Positions 41,925 to 51,575 of a stretch of 64,000 nucleotides of DNA are shown here, one piece after another (the stretch's first letter is position 1; the number at the start of each line of letters is the position of its first letter). The stretch comes from an uncultured Chloroflexia bacterium. Lineage in GTDB: Bacteria; Chloroflexota; Limnocylindria; Limnocylindrales; CSP1-4. Where the stretch lies: assembly GCA_963707215.1 (NCBI GenBank), contig CAVPPB010000001.1:576001-640000 (forward strand), in the 5' to 3' direction. Under the pieces are notes generated by a model. That model saw only the letters and a list, made by a program, of their open reading frames with translations, did not search any database and was not told the DNA's origin. Made by a program: the position numbers and the translations under genes.

Positions 41925-42977
41925 ATGCCCCGATCGACCGACGACCAGCAGGTCTCCCGCCGTACCCGCCGCCCTGCCGACGATGGCCCTCGCGTCGCCG
42001 TGCTCCTGTGCGGCTACGGCGAGGTCGAGGACAACGACGAGCTGGCCGAGTACAACGCCCGCTCACTGCAGCTGCTCGTCAGCAAGTCGATCAAGTTCCC
42101 CGACGTGATGATCCCGTTCCTCTCGCAGCGACTCGCCCGCCGGGCGCGCGCCGAGTACGAGCGGGCCAATCAGTTCCGCTCGCCGCACAACGACATCTTC
42201 GAGCGCCAGCGGGCGGGGATCCAGACCGCCCTGCGCGAGCGCTTCGGGGAGCGGGTCGAGGTGTTCAAGGCCTTCAACTTCATCGACGGCCTGATGCCGG
42301 AGCAGGTGCTGCCGCGCATCCGTGAGGCCGGCTACGAGCGGATCGTCATCTACCCGCTCCTGGTCGTGGACTCCGTCTACACCGGCGGCCTGTCGCTGGA
42401 GCAGGTCAACAAGGCGATCGGCAACGATGGGGCGTGGATCCGCCAGCTCCGCTACCTGCCCAGCTTCTTCGACCGGGCCGAATACCACGAGCGGCTGGCC
42501 GAGCACATCCGCGCGGGCGTGGCGCCGCTCCGTGACCGCTACGCCACCTCGCAGATCGGTCTGGTCCTGCTGAACCACGGCTGCCCCTACAAGGCCAAGG
42601 GATTCGAGACCGGCATCCGCGAGAGTCGCCTCCTGTTCCAGCGGGTCCGCGACCGGCTCGTCACCGAGTACCCCAACCTGTCGATCGGCTGGATGAACCA
42701 TCCGACGCCGGGCCGCTGGACCCAGCCCGACATGCTCCAGGCCGCCCGGAATCTCGTCACCACCGGCGCCCGGGCCGTCGTCTTCGCACCCATCGGCTTC
42801 GTGACCGAGAACCACGAGACGATGCTCGACGTGGGCTACACGATCGAGAAGCTGGGCCGGGTCCACCCGGACGTCGAGACCCTTCACCTCCCGAGCCTCA
42901 ACGACGACGTGGCCTTCCTCGGGATGGCCGCGACCTGGATCGAGCCTCTCGTGGAACAGGCAGCCGAACCCGCCTAG
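41925..42977 (+). CDS. Ferrochelatase-family chelatase (divergent)
   Basis: VAVLLCGYG, IYPL, NHG, W..P, PIGFVTENHETMLD, SLNDD. Confidence 0.82.
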   Translation: MPRSTDDQQVSRRTRRPADDGPRVAVLLCGYGEVEDNDELAEYNARSLQLLVSKSIKFPDVMIPFLSQRLARRARAEYERANQFRSPHNDIFERQRAGIQTALRERFGERVEVFKAFNFIDGLMPEQVLPRIREAGYERIVIYPLLVVDSVYTGGLSLEQVNKAIGNDGAWIRQLRYLPSFFDRAEYHERLAEHIRAGVAPLRDRYATSQIGLVLLNHGCPYKAKGFETGIRESRLLFQRVRDRLVTEYPNLSIGWMNHPTPGRWTQPDMLQAARNLVTTGARAVVFAPIGFVTENHETMLDVGYTIEKLGRVHPDVETLHLPSLNDDVAFLGMAATWIEPLVEQAAEPA

Positions 42978-42991
42978 GCGGGCACCATCCG

Positions 42992-45358
42992 ATGTCCGGC
43001 CTGCTCGTCGATCTGCGACGTCACCGCTCGCCGCCCGAGGCCGGCAGCAAGGCCGCCGGCCTCCATTGGCTGTCGTCGCACGGGTCCCGGGTGCCGCCGG
43101 CCTGGGTCGTGCCACCCGCGGTGGCAGCCGGCCTCGCCGACCCGGCCCGCCGCTCCGCCGTCCGGGCGGCCCTGTCGGCCATCGTCGCCGACGGACGTCG
43201 CTACGCCGTGCGCTCGTCGGCCGCCGGCGAGGACGGCGCCGAGCGCTCGTTCGCGGGCCAGTTCCGGACGATCCTCGACCGGCAGGGCGTCGACCCGGTC
43301 CTCGTCGCGATCGAGGAGGTGTCCGCGTCGGCCGCGAGCCCGGGCGTCGCCGCCTACCGGGCTGCCGCCGACGGCGTGAAGCCGGTGTCGGCCGACGGAC
43401 CGAGCCCCGGCGGGGCCATCGGCGTCGTGGTCCAGGAGATGATCGAGCCGACCGTCGCCGGGGTCGCCTTCAGCAAGAACCCGCTGACGGGTCTCGACGA
43501 GGTCGTGATCGAGGCGATCCCGGGTCGGGGGGACCGCCTCCTGTCGGACGGGGCCGACCCGGAACGGTGGGTCGACCGCTGGGGGGCATGGGTCGAGCGC
43601 CCCGACACCGGTCGGGTCGAGGAGGCCGTCGTCCGCGAGGTGGTCAGGACCACGCGCGAGGTGGCCGTGGCCTACGGTCGGCCGGTCGACCTGGAGTGGG
43701 CCTGGGACGGCCGGCTGGTGTGGTGGCTCCAGGTCCGTCCGATCACCGGGCTCGAAGGCATCCGCCTGTACTCCAACCGGATCTCCCGCGAGGTCCTGCC
43801 GGGCCTCATCAAGCCGCTGGTCTGGTCGGTCAACGTGCCGGTGGTCAACCGGGCCTGGATCCGCCTGTTCGAATCGTTGATCGGCCCCAGCGGCCTGACC
43901 CCGGACCGCCTGGCCCGTCGTTTCGGTAGCCGCGCCTACTTCGAGATGAGCGCCATCGGCGACGTCTTCGCGGCCCTGGGGATGCCGCGCGAGTCCCTCG
44001 AGCTGCTCATCGGGCTGCCGCCCGGGCCGGAGCGGCCCCGCTTCCGGCCGACGCCGTCGACGTTCCGCCACCTGCCCCGGATGCTGGGCCTTGCCAGGGA
44101 GCTGGCCGGCTACGGGACCACCGTCCGCCACGAGGTGGCCGGGATCGCCGCCACGACGCGCCAGCTGGAGGAGAGGGCCCCGGGGGACCTCGACGACCGC
44201 TCGCTCCTGGCCCGGGTGGACGAGCTCCTGGAGCTCACCGAGCGGGCCGCCTATGCCAACATCGTCACGCCGCTGCTGATGAACCTGTACACCCGCCTGG
44301 TCGGCCAGCGGCTGGGTGCGGCCGGCATCGATCCGCGGCAGGTGGATCCGGCCGCCGACCGTTCCGATCGCCACCGCTTCGACCCGCGAGCCGGGCTCGC
44401 CGCGCTCGGGGCGATCCTCGCCCCGCTCCCGGAGGCGGATCGCGCGGCCATCCGGGACCGAGGGGCGGCGGCCCTCGAGGAGCGCGAGGACCTGGCCCCG
44501 GTCCGGGCAGCGCTGGAGGAGCTCCTGGCCCGGTTCGGCTCCCTGTCCGACAGCGGCAACGACTTCTCGGTGCCGCGGTGGCGGGAGGATCCCGACGCGG
44601 TCCTGCGCCTGGCCCTCGACGACCCGGCTGCGGTCGGCGAGGCGGCCCTGGGCTGGACGGCGATCGAGGACCGGATCCCGACCGCCGAGCGCCCCTGGCT
44701 CCGACCGCTCTTCGGCAAGGCCGGCGCCTACCGGGTCTACCGCGAGGCGGTCAGCCTCGGCTACACGCGTGCCTACGGCCTGCTGCGGCCGACCTTCCTG
44801 GAGATCGGTCGGCGGCTCGTCGACCGTGGCGTCCTCGACGCGGTCGACGACGTCTTCTTCGTCGAGCTCGAGGAGGTCCGCGCGCTGCTCGACGACCCCA
44901 CTGCCGTGCCCGCCCGGGAGCTGGTCGCCGAGCGGCGCCGGGAGCTGACGGAGGCGGCCACGCTCGCGCTGCCGGACCTCATCTTCGGAGAGGACTACGT
45001 CCCGGTGCCGGCCGATGGAGCCGCGGGCGACCGGATCGTCGGGCTGGCCAGCTCGCGCGGCCACCACCGGGGGCCGGCCCGCGTGGTCCGGAGCCTGGCC
45101 GAGAGCGACCGGGTCCGCCCGGGTGACGTCCTGGTCGTCGCCCACTCCGACGTGGCCTGGACCCCGCTGTTCGCCCGCGCCGCGGCGGTCGTGGCCGAGT
45201 CCGGCGGGATGCTCTCCCACGCCTCGATCGTGGCCCGGGAGTTCGGGATCCCGTCGGTCGTCTCCGCGACGGGCGCCTGCGCGCGCATCCCCGACGGGGC
45301 GACGGTCGTCGTGGACGGCTACCGCGGCGAGGTCGTCGTAGAGTCGGGGCACGGCTGA
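42992..45358 (+). CDS. PEP-synthase/rifamycin-phosphotransferase-architecture dikinase
   Basis: GSKA, AVRSSA.GED...SFAGQF, VVQEM, DLEWA, LQVRPIT; C-terminal swivel domain ESGGMLSHASIVAREFGIP. Confidence 0.88.
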   Translation: MSGLLVDLRRHRSPPEAGSKAAGLHWLSSHGSRVPPAWVVPPAVAAGLADPARRSAVRAALSAIVADGRRYAVRSSAAGEDGAERSFAGQFRTILDRQGVDPVLVAIEEVSASAASPGVAAYRAAADGVKPVSADGPSPGGAIGVVVQEMIEPTVAGVAFSKNPLTGLDEVVIEAIPGRGDRLLSDGADPERWVDRWGAWVERPDTGRVEEAVVREVVRTTREVAVAYGRPVDLEWAWDGRLVWWLQVRPITGLEGIRLYSNRISREVLPGLIKPLVWSVNVPVVNRAWIRLFESLIGPSGLTPDRLARRFGSRAYFEMSAIGDVFAALGMPRESLELLIGLPPGPERPRFRPTPSTFRHLPRMLGLARELAGYGTTVRHEVAGIAATTRQLEERAPGDLDDRSLLARVDELLELTERAAYANIVTPLLMNLYTRLVGQRLGAAGIDPRQVDPAADRSDRHRFDPRAGLAALGAILAPLPEADRAAIRDRGAAALEEREDLAPVRAALEELLARFGSLSDSGNDFSVPRWREDPDAVLRLALDDPAAVGEAALGWTAIEDRIPTAERPWLRPLFGKAGAYRVYREAVSLGYTRAYGLLRPTFLEIGRRLVDRGVLDAVDDVFFVELEEVRALLDDPTAVPARELVAERRRELTEAATLALPDLIFGEDYVPVPADGAAGDRIVGLASSRGHHRGPARVVRSLAESDRVRPGDVLVVAHSDVAWTPLFARAAAVVAESGGMLSHASIVAREFGIPSVVSATGACARIPDGATVVVDGYRGEVVVESGHG

Positions 45359-45406
45359 CCCGATCCCTCGACGGGATCGGCGCACGGGCGTACGGTCGTG
45401 GGCACG

Positions 45407-46192
45407 ATGGACGATCCGGGCCGCCAGGCTGCCGCCCCGTCGAGCCAGGTCGCCGTCCGCTTCCACGGGGCGCTGAACGACTTCCTGCCCGCCCATAGCC
45501 GGGGCACGATCGTGCGGCGACCGATCGACGGCCGGCCCGCGGCCAAGGACGTGCTCGAGGCCGCCGGGGTGCCGCACCCCGAGATCGCCCGGATCCTGGT
45601 CAACGGCAACCACGTCGACCTCGCCCATCGTCTCGAGCCCGGCGACCTGGTCGAGGCCCATCCGTTCGATCCGACGGTCCTGCCCGCTCCGGCGATCGGG
45701 GAGGCCGGGTCCGGCGGTTCGCGGTTCGTCCTCGACGGTCACCTCGGACGGCTGGCTGCCCACCTTCGGATGTGCGGCTTCGACGTCGCCTACGACCGGG
45801 ACGCCGACGACGACCTGCTGGCCGCCCGCGCAGCGTGCGAGGACCGGATCCTGCTGACCCGGGACATCGGGCTGCTCAAGCGGTCCATCGTCCGGCGCGG
45901 TGCGTTCGTCCGGGCCGACCGACCGCGCCAGCAGCTGGTCGAGGTCATCCGCCGGTTCGGCCTGGCGGGTTCGTTTGCCCCGTTCAGCCGCTGCCTGCGC
46001 TGCAACGGCCCGCTGGAGCCGGCCGCCCGGTCGGACGTTCGATCCGCGGTCCCGCCGCGGGTGTTCGGCGAGCAGGCGACCTTCCGCCGCTGCGCCGACT
46101 GTGGCGGGATCTACTGGCGTGGGTCGCACCATCGGCGGATGGCCAGGCTGCTCGACGAGGTGCTCGCCGAAGTCGCTGCCCCCGGGGCGTGA
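45407..46192 (+). CDS. Mut7-C ubiquitin-like + Mut7-C RNase (PIN) protein
   Basis: FHGALNDFL, GVPHPEI, RFVLDGHLGRLA, LLTRD, RCLRCN, CADCGGIYWRGSH. Confidence 0.9.
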   Translation: MDDPGRQAAAPSSQVAVRFHGALNDFLPAHSRGTIVRRPIDGRPAAKDVLEAAGVPHPEIARILVNGNHVDLAHRLEPGDLVEAHPFDPTVLPAPAIGEAGSGGSRFVLDGHLGRLAAHLRMCGFDVAYDRDADDDLLAARAACEDRILLTRDIGLLKRSIVRRGAFVRADRPRQQLVEVIRRFGLAGSFAPFSRCLRCNGPLEPAARSDVRSAVPPRVFGEQATFRRCADCGGIYWRGSHHRRMARLLDEVLAEVAAPGA

Positions 46193-46298
46193 CCGGCGGA
46201 CCCGGGCCCGAGGCCCGGCACCCGACGCGCTGACCAACGGCTCTGGCGGCCACGGGTCCACCGGACGACCATCCGGCCAGGGATCAAGGAGGAGTCGG

Positions 46299-46565
46299 AT
46301 GTCCGACACCCAGGAACCATCCGAGGCGATCGGGACGGTGACCCACTGGTTCGGCCACCTCTCCGTGGCCGCGGTCCAGCTGACCGCCCCCCTGGCGGTC
46401 GGTGACCGGATCCGCATCCGGGGCCACCTCACGGACTTCGTCCAGGTCGTCGGCTCGATGCAGATCGAGCACCAGCCGGTCGAGCGGGCCGAGCCCGGCG
46501 ACGACGTCGCGCTGGCGGTGGACGACCACGTTCGCGAGCACGACCGGATCTTCCGCGAGGCCTGA
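46299..46565 (+). CDS. Small translation-factor beta-barrel-like protein
   Basis: AAGGAGGAG RBS; IGTVTHWF, GDRIRIRGH.TDF, SMQIEH, VREHD. Confidence 0.82.
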   Translation: MSDTQEPSEAIGTVTHWFGHLSVAAVQLTAPLAVGDRIRIRGHLTDFVQVVGSMQIEHQPVERAEPGDDVALAVDDHVREHDRIFREA

Positions 46566-46611
46566 CCCGGGCCGGTCGGGGGCCACCCGCCATGGGCGGG
46601 CCGGCGGTCCG

Positions 46612-46965
46612 TCAGCAGGTCACGTGGAGGACGGCCGCGGTGTCGTCGACGTCGGCCTCTGACAGGAGGTGGCAGGCCTCCGGCGTGGGCACGGCCACGA
46701 GCTCGACGCCACGTCGCACGGCCTCCGCGGCCACGTCGGCATCGATCGGCAGCGCTCCGTCGACCCCGGTGCCCACGATGAGGCGGCGGCTGTCCCAGGG
46801 GATCGGCTCGAGCAGGCTCAGCGGGGTGTGGCCGTAGCGATCGCGGAGCGGGCGGGAGGCCCTCTTGCGGCGCTTGCTCACTCGGCCTCGCTCGATGACG
46901 ACGTCGCGCTCGTAGCGTCGTCCGTCGATCTCGATGACCCCGAACCCGATCACGCGGGCCTTCAT
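46612..46965 (-). CDS. MTH938/NDUFAF3-family protein
   Basis: FGVIEIDG..YERDVVI, GHT, LIVGTG, C-terminal HVTC. Confidence 0.85.
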   Translation of the reverse strand: MKARVIGFGVIEIDGRRYERDVVIERGRVSKRRKRASRPLRDRYGHTPLSLLEPIPWDSRRLIVGTGVDGALPIDADVAAEAVRRGVELVAVPTPEACHLLSEADVDDTAAVLHVTC

Positions 46966-47047
46966 GTCGGATCCTCGACCGGAGTGTCGGTCGCCGGCTC
47001 GCCGCGGATCGCCCGACGCCGCGAGGCCGGCTGCCCCGGCGGGGCGA

Positions 47048-47123
47048 TGGAGCGGGAGACGGGGCTCGAACCCGCGACATGCAGCTTGGAAGGCTGCCGC
47101 TCTACCAGCTGAGCTACTCCCGC
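47048..47123 (-). tRNA. tRNA-Gly (TCC)
   Basis: GCGGGAGTAGCTCAGCTGGTAGAGCGGCAGCCTTCCAAGCTGCATGTCGCGGGTTCGAGCCCCGTCTCCCGCTCCA forms a 76-nt cloverleaf with encoded CCA. Confidence 0.97.
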
Positions 47124-47233
47124 CCGGTCGACGCCCGCAAACCTACCACGACGACAGGCCCGACGGCCCTAGCAGTGGAGAGCGGCCCGGCGCACCCTCG
47201 GTCCGACGCGGTACCGCAGTCCAAGGAGACCCG

Positions 47234-47401
47234 ATGCTCAAGCTGATCCTTCCGCTCCTCTTCGGCTTCGTGGTCCTGGGGATCGTCTACGTGATCATGA
47301 CCCAGGTGTTCGAGGTCGACGTGAAGGCCGAGTTCTCGCGCCGGATGGGCGTGGACATGCCGGAGGAGCTGCCCGAGGAGCTCATGGAGGCAGTCGAGTA
47401 G
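47234..47401 (+). CDS. Small single-pass membrane protein (55 aa)
   Basis: AAGGAG RBS, one TM helix, acidic tail. Confidence 0.7.
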   Translation: MLKLILPLLFGFVVLGIVYVIMTQVFEVDVKAEFSRRMGVDMPEELPEELMEAVE

Positions 47402-47442
47402 CCACCTGCGGGGCCACCCGCCCCGCGCATCCGCCACGCACG

Positions 47443-47471
47443 ACACGACCGGGCTGACCGCCCGGTCGTGT
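47443..47471. terminator. Hairpin after the small membrane protein gene
   Basis: ACACGACCGGG-7nt-CCCGGTCGTGT. Confidence 0.55.
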
Positions 47472-47534
47472 GGCGTCCGGCGCCGGCGACCCGACGCCCG
47501 GCGGTCGGGCCCATGCCGTGGCAGGATGCCGGGC

Positions 47535-48173
47535 ATGGCCGGCAAGCTCGTCCCCAAGCTGATCCTCGAGGGCACCCGCCTCACCCACAAGACGGACCTG
47601 GCCTTCGCGCTCCAGGACGAGCCCCGGATCACCGGCCCCAGGCGCTACCGGTATCACACGCCATTGATCTCGGCCGAGTGGTGTGGCTTCACCAACCGGC
47701 CGTGGGGCCGCGGGATCATCAACTACGCGCCCGATGAGAAAGGACAGGCCATGGAGACGTACGCCACCTGGACCCGTCTCTTCGAGCTGCTCCCCTACTA
47801 CGCCTGGATCGTGGACCGGTTCCACCTCTCGACCCAGGTGGAGCAGCGCCGCCTCCACGGTGTGGCGCCCAGCTTCGGATGGCTCGAGGACCGCCTCCGG
47901 CCGCTCGGCTTCCGGATCGTCCTGTGCACGCGTCGCGACGAGACGTTCGAGGCGGCCCGGGCCGCCCGGCTGCCGGTCAGCGGCAATCCGGCCCAGTACG
48001 ACGACCTGTCGGTCTTCATCCGCGAGCAGGCCGAGCTCTGCCGGCTCGCGGCGACGTCCACCCTGCCGGTGCTCGAGCTCGACGTCAGCGACGACGACGT
48101 GCCAGCCGCGGTCGAGCGGATCGCCGGGTGGCTGGAGGCGACCGGCGGCCTGAGCCTGCCGGACGGGCTCTGA
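47535..48173 (+). CDS. Hypothetical protein, NMP-kinase-like fold with degenerate P-loop
   Basis: LILEGTRLTHKT, WIVDRFHLS and VLELD resemble the thymidylate/deoxynucleoside kinase layout. Confidence 0.65.
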   Translation: MAGKLVPKLILEGTRLTHKTDLAFALQDEPRITGPRRYRYHTPLISAEWCGFTNRPWGRGIINYAPDEKGQAMETYATWTRLFELLPYYAWIVDRFHLSTQVEQRRLHGVAPSFGWLEDRLRPLGFRIVLCTRRDETFEAARAARLPVSGNPAQYDDLSVFIREQAELCRLAATSTLPVLELDVSDDDVPAAVERIAGWLEATGGLSLPDGL

Positions 48174-48206
48174 GGCCCGGGCAAGGGAAGGGCCCGGCAT
48201 CGGCCG

Positions 48207-49307
48207 TCAGGCGGACAGCCGCTCGGCCAGGTAGCGGATGGCGGACGGGTAGCGGTACTCGATGGCACCGTGCTTGGCATCGAACAGCTCGAACGAGGGC
48301 TCCGGCGCCCCAGCACTGACGCAAGCCTGCCGGAACGCCTCGGCGCCGAGATCCAGGAAGTACTCGTCGCGGGTACCGGCGTCGATCCAGATCGCCCGCA
48401 TCGAGCGCAGGGCCGCGGCACCCTCGGCCGTGCGGGCCATCCTGACCGGGTCCCGGCGCAGCCAGCGCTCCCAGACTCCGGGGTCCAGCTCGCCGGTCGC
48501 AACGTCGAAGGGCAGCCGGACCGTGCCGTCGTCGTCGGTCGAGTAGCAGGCGGCCATCGCCCAGGTGTTCACCAGGATCGGGTCGTCGGGCCGGGTCATC
48601 GCCGGCCGCGAGCGGAACTCCGCCCAGAACCGCTCGAAAGAGCCCCCGTAGCCGTCGCGGAGCGCCCGGGCACAGCCGGCGAACTCGGGCTGGTAGCAGA
48701 CCTCGAACAGCGCGTCGCCAGCGTGGGTCGCCAGCGCCCCGAAGAGATCCGGTCGGAGCATGGGCGTCACCATCGCGCCGTAGCCGCCGCTGCTCTTGCC
48801 GGTGATCCCGCGGTGGTCGCGCGACGCCAGCGTCCGGTAGGTCGCGTCCACCCAGGGCACGACCTCGTCGCAGAGGTAGGCGTGGTAGCGGCCGGTGCCG
48901 GGCGAATCGAGGAACTGGCTGCCACCGACCGAGGTCCAGCAGTCGACCATCACGACGATGGCCGGCGGTGCTGGGTCGGGACCCCCGAAGGCCCCGTCCA
49001 CGAGCTCCGGGACCGACGGCCGGAACGCGGTCCGGTTCCGCCACATGTCGAGCTGCCCCGTCATCCCCTGGATCAGGTAGACGGTCGGCAGGCGGCGCTG
49101 CGGGTCCGCATCGTAGGCCGGCGGCAGGTAGACCCAGACCGGCCGCTCGGCCGGATCGCCCAGCGGGTTGCCCTCGAGGGCCCGGCTCGTCAGCAGGTTG
49201 GCCTCCAGGCGACCGGCGTGCGGTCGGCCCCATGGCGGAGTGGCCGGCACGCCGGCCAGCGGGTCGCCCAGCGACCGGGACCGGATCGGGCGCGGATCGA
49301 TCGTCAT
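48207..49307 (-). CDS. Enterochelin-esterase-like alpha/beta hydrolase
   Basis: GNPLGDP, VYLPP, GKSSGG nucleophile elbow, DAGTRDE, FDAKH. Confidence 0.88.
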   Translation of the reverse strand: MTIDPRPIRSRSLGDPLAGVPATPPWGRPHAGRLEANLLTSRALEGNPLGDPAERPVWVYLPPAYDADPQRRLPTVYLIQGMTGQLDMWRNRTAFRPSVPELVDGAFGGPDPAPPAIVVMVDCWTSVGGSQFLDSPGTGRYHAYLCDEVVPWVDATYRTLASRDHRGITGKSSGGYGAMVTPMLRPDLFGALATHAGDALFEVCYQPEFAGCARALRDGYGGSFERFWAEFRSRPAMTRPDDPILVNTWAMAACYSTDDDGTVRLPFDVATGELDPGVWERWLRRDPVRMARTAEGAAALRSMRAIWIDAGTRDEYFLDLGAEAFRQACVSAGAPEPSFELFDAKHGAIEYRYPSAIRYLAERLSA

Positions 49308-49351
49308 GCCCGAAGGGTAGCGCCGTGGCCCGGCCGCCGCGGTCCCCCTGA

Positions 49352-51079
49352 TCAGCCCTCGGCCACCTCGGCGGCGATCTCCTCGGGCAGCCAGAACCAG
49401 CGCAGCGCCTCGAAGTCCGACCCCACCTCGAGCCTGCCGTCCGACCCCGGGTCCGGCGCCAGCTGCGGGTGGGACATGAGGGCCTTGGCCTCGACCAGGT
49501 AGTCGCCCAGGCGCGCCTCCGGCTCGCGATGCCGATGGGCGACGTAGCCCATCCGCCCGTCGACATACGAGACGTCGTGCAGGGACAGCGGCGGCTCGGC
49601 GAGCCCGCCGCGATGCCGCCAGAGGCCGGTCGCCGGGTCGAAACGGTACTGCGGCAGCAGCCGCCAGCCCTCGGACGCCACCAGGTCGACCGCGTCGAGG
49701 ACGAACTCGAAGACGGCGTGGCTGATGAAGTAGTTGAAGTTGACCCGGACCCAACCAGGCTTGATGCCCTCGCAGCCGCGGGCGATCTCGCGCTCGAACT
49801 CGTGGCTCGTCTCGACGTCGATCCCGAGGAGACGATGGCCGTACGGCCCGGCGCACGAGCAGCCGCCGCGGGCCTGGATGCCGAACAGGTCGTTGAGCAT
49901 GGCGACGACGAGGTTGTGGTGGAGGTAGCGTCCACCGTGACGCACGACGAACGAGACGATTGACAGGCGCGGCAGCTCGGGGTTGCCGAGGATCTCGATC
50001 GACGGGTTGGCGCGCCAGCGGTCGATGGCCCGCCGGATGAAGGCCTCCTCCCGCTCCCGGATGGCCTCCACGCCGACGGCCGCCTTGAGCTGGAAGACGA
50101 GGCCGGCCCGGATGGACTCGACGATCGCCGGCGTGCCGCCCTCCTCGCGATGCTCGATGTCCTCGAGGTAGACGTGCTCGGTCGGGTTGACGTAGGCCAC
50201 CGTGCCGCCGCCGGGGACCGTCGGGACGCGGTTGCGGAAGAGGTCGCGCCGGGCGACGAGGACCCCCGGGGTCCCGGGGCCGCCGATGAACTTGTGGGGC
50301 GAGATGAAGACCGCATCCTTGGTGTCGAGCTCCGCGTCGGGGCCCGGGCGGCGCGGGGTCATCTCCATCTCGACGTACGGCGCCGCGGCTGCGAAGTCCC
50401 AGAACGAGAGGGCTCCGTGGCGGTGCAGCAGCACCGAGATGGCCCGTGTATCGCTGATGACCCCGGTGACGTTCGAGGCGGCCGAGAACGACCCGATGCG
50501 GAGCGGTCGATCGGCGTGGGCCACGAGCTCCGCCTCCAGCCGCTCGAGGTCGATCCGTCCGTCGTGGTCCTCGGGGATCGTCACGACGTCGGCGATCGAC
50601 TCGCGCCAGGGCAGCTCGTTCGAGTGGTGCTCGTACGGCCCGATGAGGATGACCGGACGCTCGTCGGCCGGGATCGCGGCCGCGAGCCCGTAGCGGTCGT
50701 CCAGTCCCGCCGGGATGCGCAGCCCCAGGACCTGGACCATGCGGTCCACCGCAGCCGTGGAGCCCGACCCGCAGAAGACCACGGCGTGCTCGTCACCACC
50801 GCCGACCCCCGCCAGGACGAGCTGCCTCGCCTCCTCGCGGAAGCGAGTCGTCTGGAGCCCGGTCCCGGACGACTCGGTGTGGGTGTTCGCGTACAGGGGC
50901 AGGACCGCATCACGGAGGTAATCCTCGATGAAGGTCAGCGATCGGCCGGAGGCCGTGTAGTCAGCGTAGGTCACCCGGCGCACGCCGAAGGGGCCCGCGA
51001 CGGCCTCGTCCTCGCCGATGACGGCCGCCCGGACGGCCTCGATGAGCTCGTCCGGAGCGACGTGCCCGGCGACGCTCAA
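49352..51079 (-). CDS. Class V PLP aminotransferase (cysteine-desulfurase-like)
   Basis: YADYTASGR, YANTHT, EHHSN, SPHKF, RGGCSCAGPY. TTG start overlaps the upstream stop. Confidence 0.9.
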   Translation of the reverse strand: MSVAGHVAPDELIEAVRAAVIGEDEAVAGPFGVRRVTYADYTASGRSLTFIEDYLRDAVLPLYANTHTESSGTGLQTTRFREEARQLVLAGVGGGDEHAVVFCGSGSTAAVDRMVQVLGLRIPAGLDDRYGLAAAIPADERPVILIGPYEHHSNELPWRESIADVVTIPEDHDGRIDLERLEAELVAHADRPLRIGSFSAASNVTGVISDTRAISVLLHRHGALSFWDFAAAAPYVEMEMTPRRPGPDAELDTKDAVFISPHKFIGGPGTPGVLVARRDLFRNRVPTVPGGGTVAYVNPTEHVYLEDIEHREEGGTPAIVESIRAGLVFQLKAAVGVEAIREREEAFIRRAIDRWRANPSIEILGNPELPRLSIVSFVVRHGGRYLHHNLVVAMLNDLFGIQARGGCSCAGPYGHRLLGIDVETSHEFEREIARGCEGIKPGWVRVNFNYFISHAVFEFVLDAVDLVASEGWRLLPQYRFDPATGLWRHRGGLAEPPLSLHDVSYVDGRMGYVAHRHREPEARLGDYLVEAKALMSHPQLAPDPGSDGRLEVGSDFEALRWFWLPEEIAAEVAEG

Positions 51080-51465
51080 GCCTTGCGCTCGAGGATCGGC
51101 CGGGCCGCCTCGGGATCGTCGACGACGAAGGCGAAGGTCGCCCGGTCGCCCCAGCGACCCAGGAAGAGATGGCCGTGGATGTTGACGCCGGCGTCGGAGA
51201 GCGCCTGGGCGATCTCGGCCATGCCGCCGGGACGGTCGTCGACCTCGGCCAGGATCGACTCGCCCTCGATGTAGGTGTAGCCACCGTGGTCGAGGATCGC
51301 CCGGGTCGCGTCGTCGTCGGCCGTGGTCATGATCACGTGACCGACGTCGCCGATCCCGCCGCCCCCGATGGCCCGCAGGTCCACGCCCCGGTCGGCGAGC
51401 GTCCGGGCGAGAGCCGCGAGTCCACCCGGTCGGTTGTTGAGCTGGACGACGAACTGCCTGGCCAT
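51076..51465 (-). CDS. Double ACT-domain protein
   Basis: NNRPGGLA and DDRPGGMA...AGVNI. Confidence 0.88.
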   Translation of the reverse strand: MARQFVVQLNNRPGGLAALARTLADRGVDLRAIGGGGIGDVGHVIMTTADDDATRAILDHGGYTYIEGESILAEVDDRPGGMAEIAQALSDAGVNIHGHLFLGRWGDRATFAFVVDDPEAARPILERKA

Positions 51466-51575
51466 GGGTTCCTCCGGAGGGCGCGGACCGGTGGCGCTGG
51501 GTGCGCGGACTCGCCCCGATTGTAGGACCCGGAGCGGAGCGGGACGGCGACGACCGTGTGCTACGTTCGGCGGCG

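Noticed and set aside
42974-47080. 1368-aa minus-strand ORF
   Set aside because: Antisense shadow of well-supported plus-strand genes in high-GC DNA; no recognisable motifs.
47048-47123. tRNA as a genomic-island integration site
   Set aside because: No integrase, duplicated tRNA 3' end or compositional shift seen.
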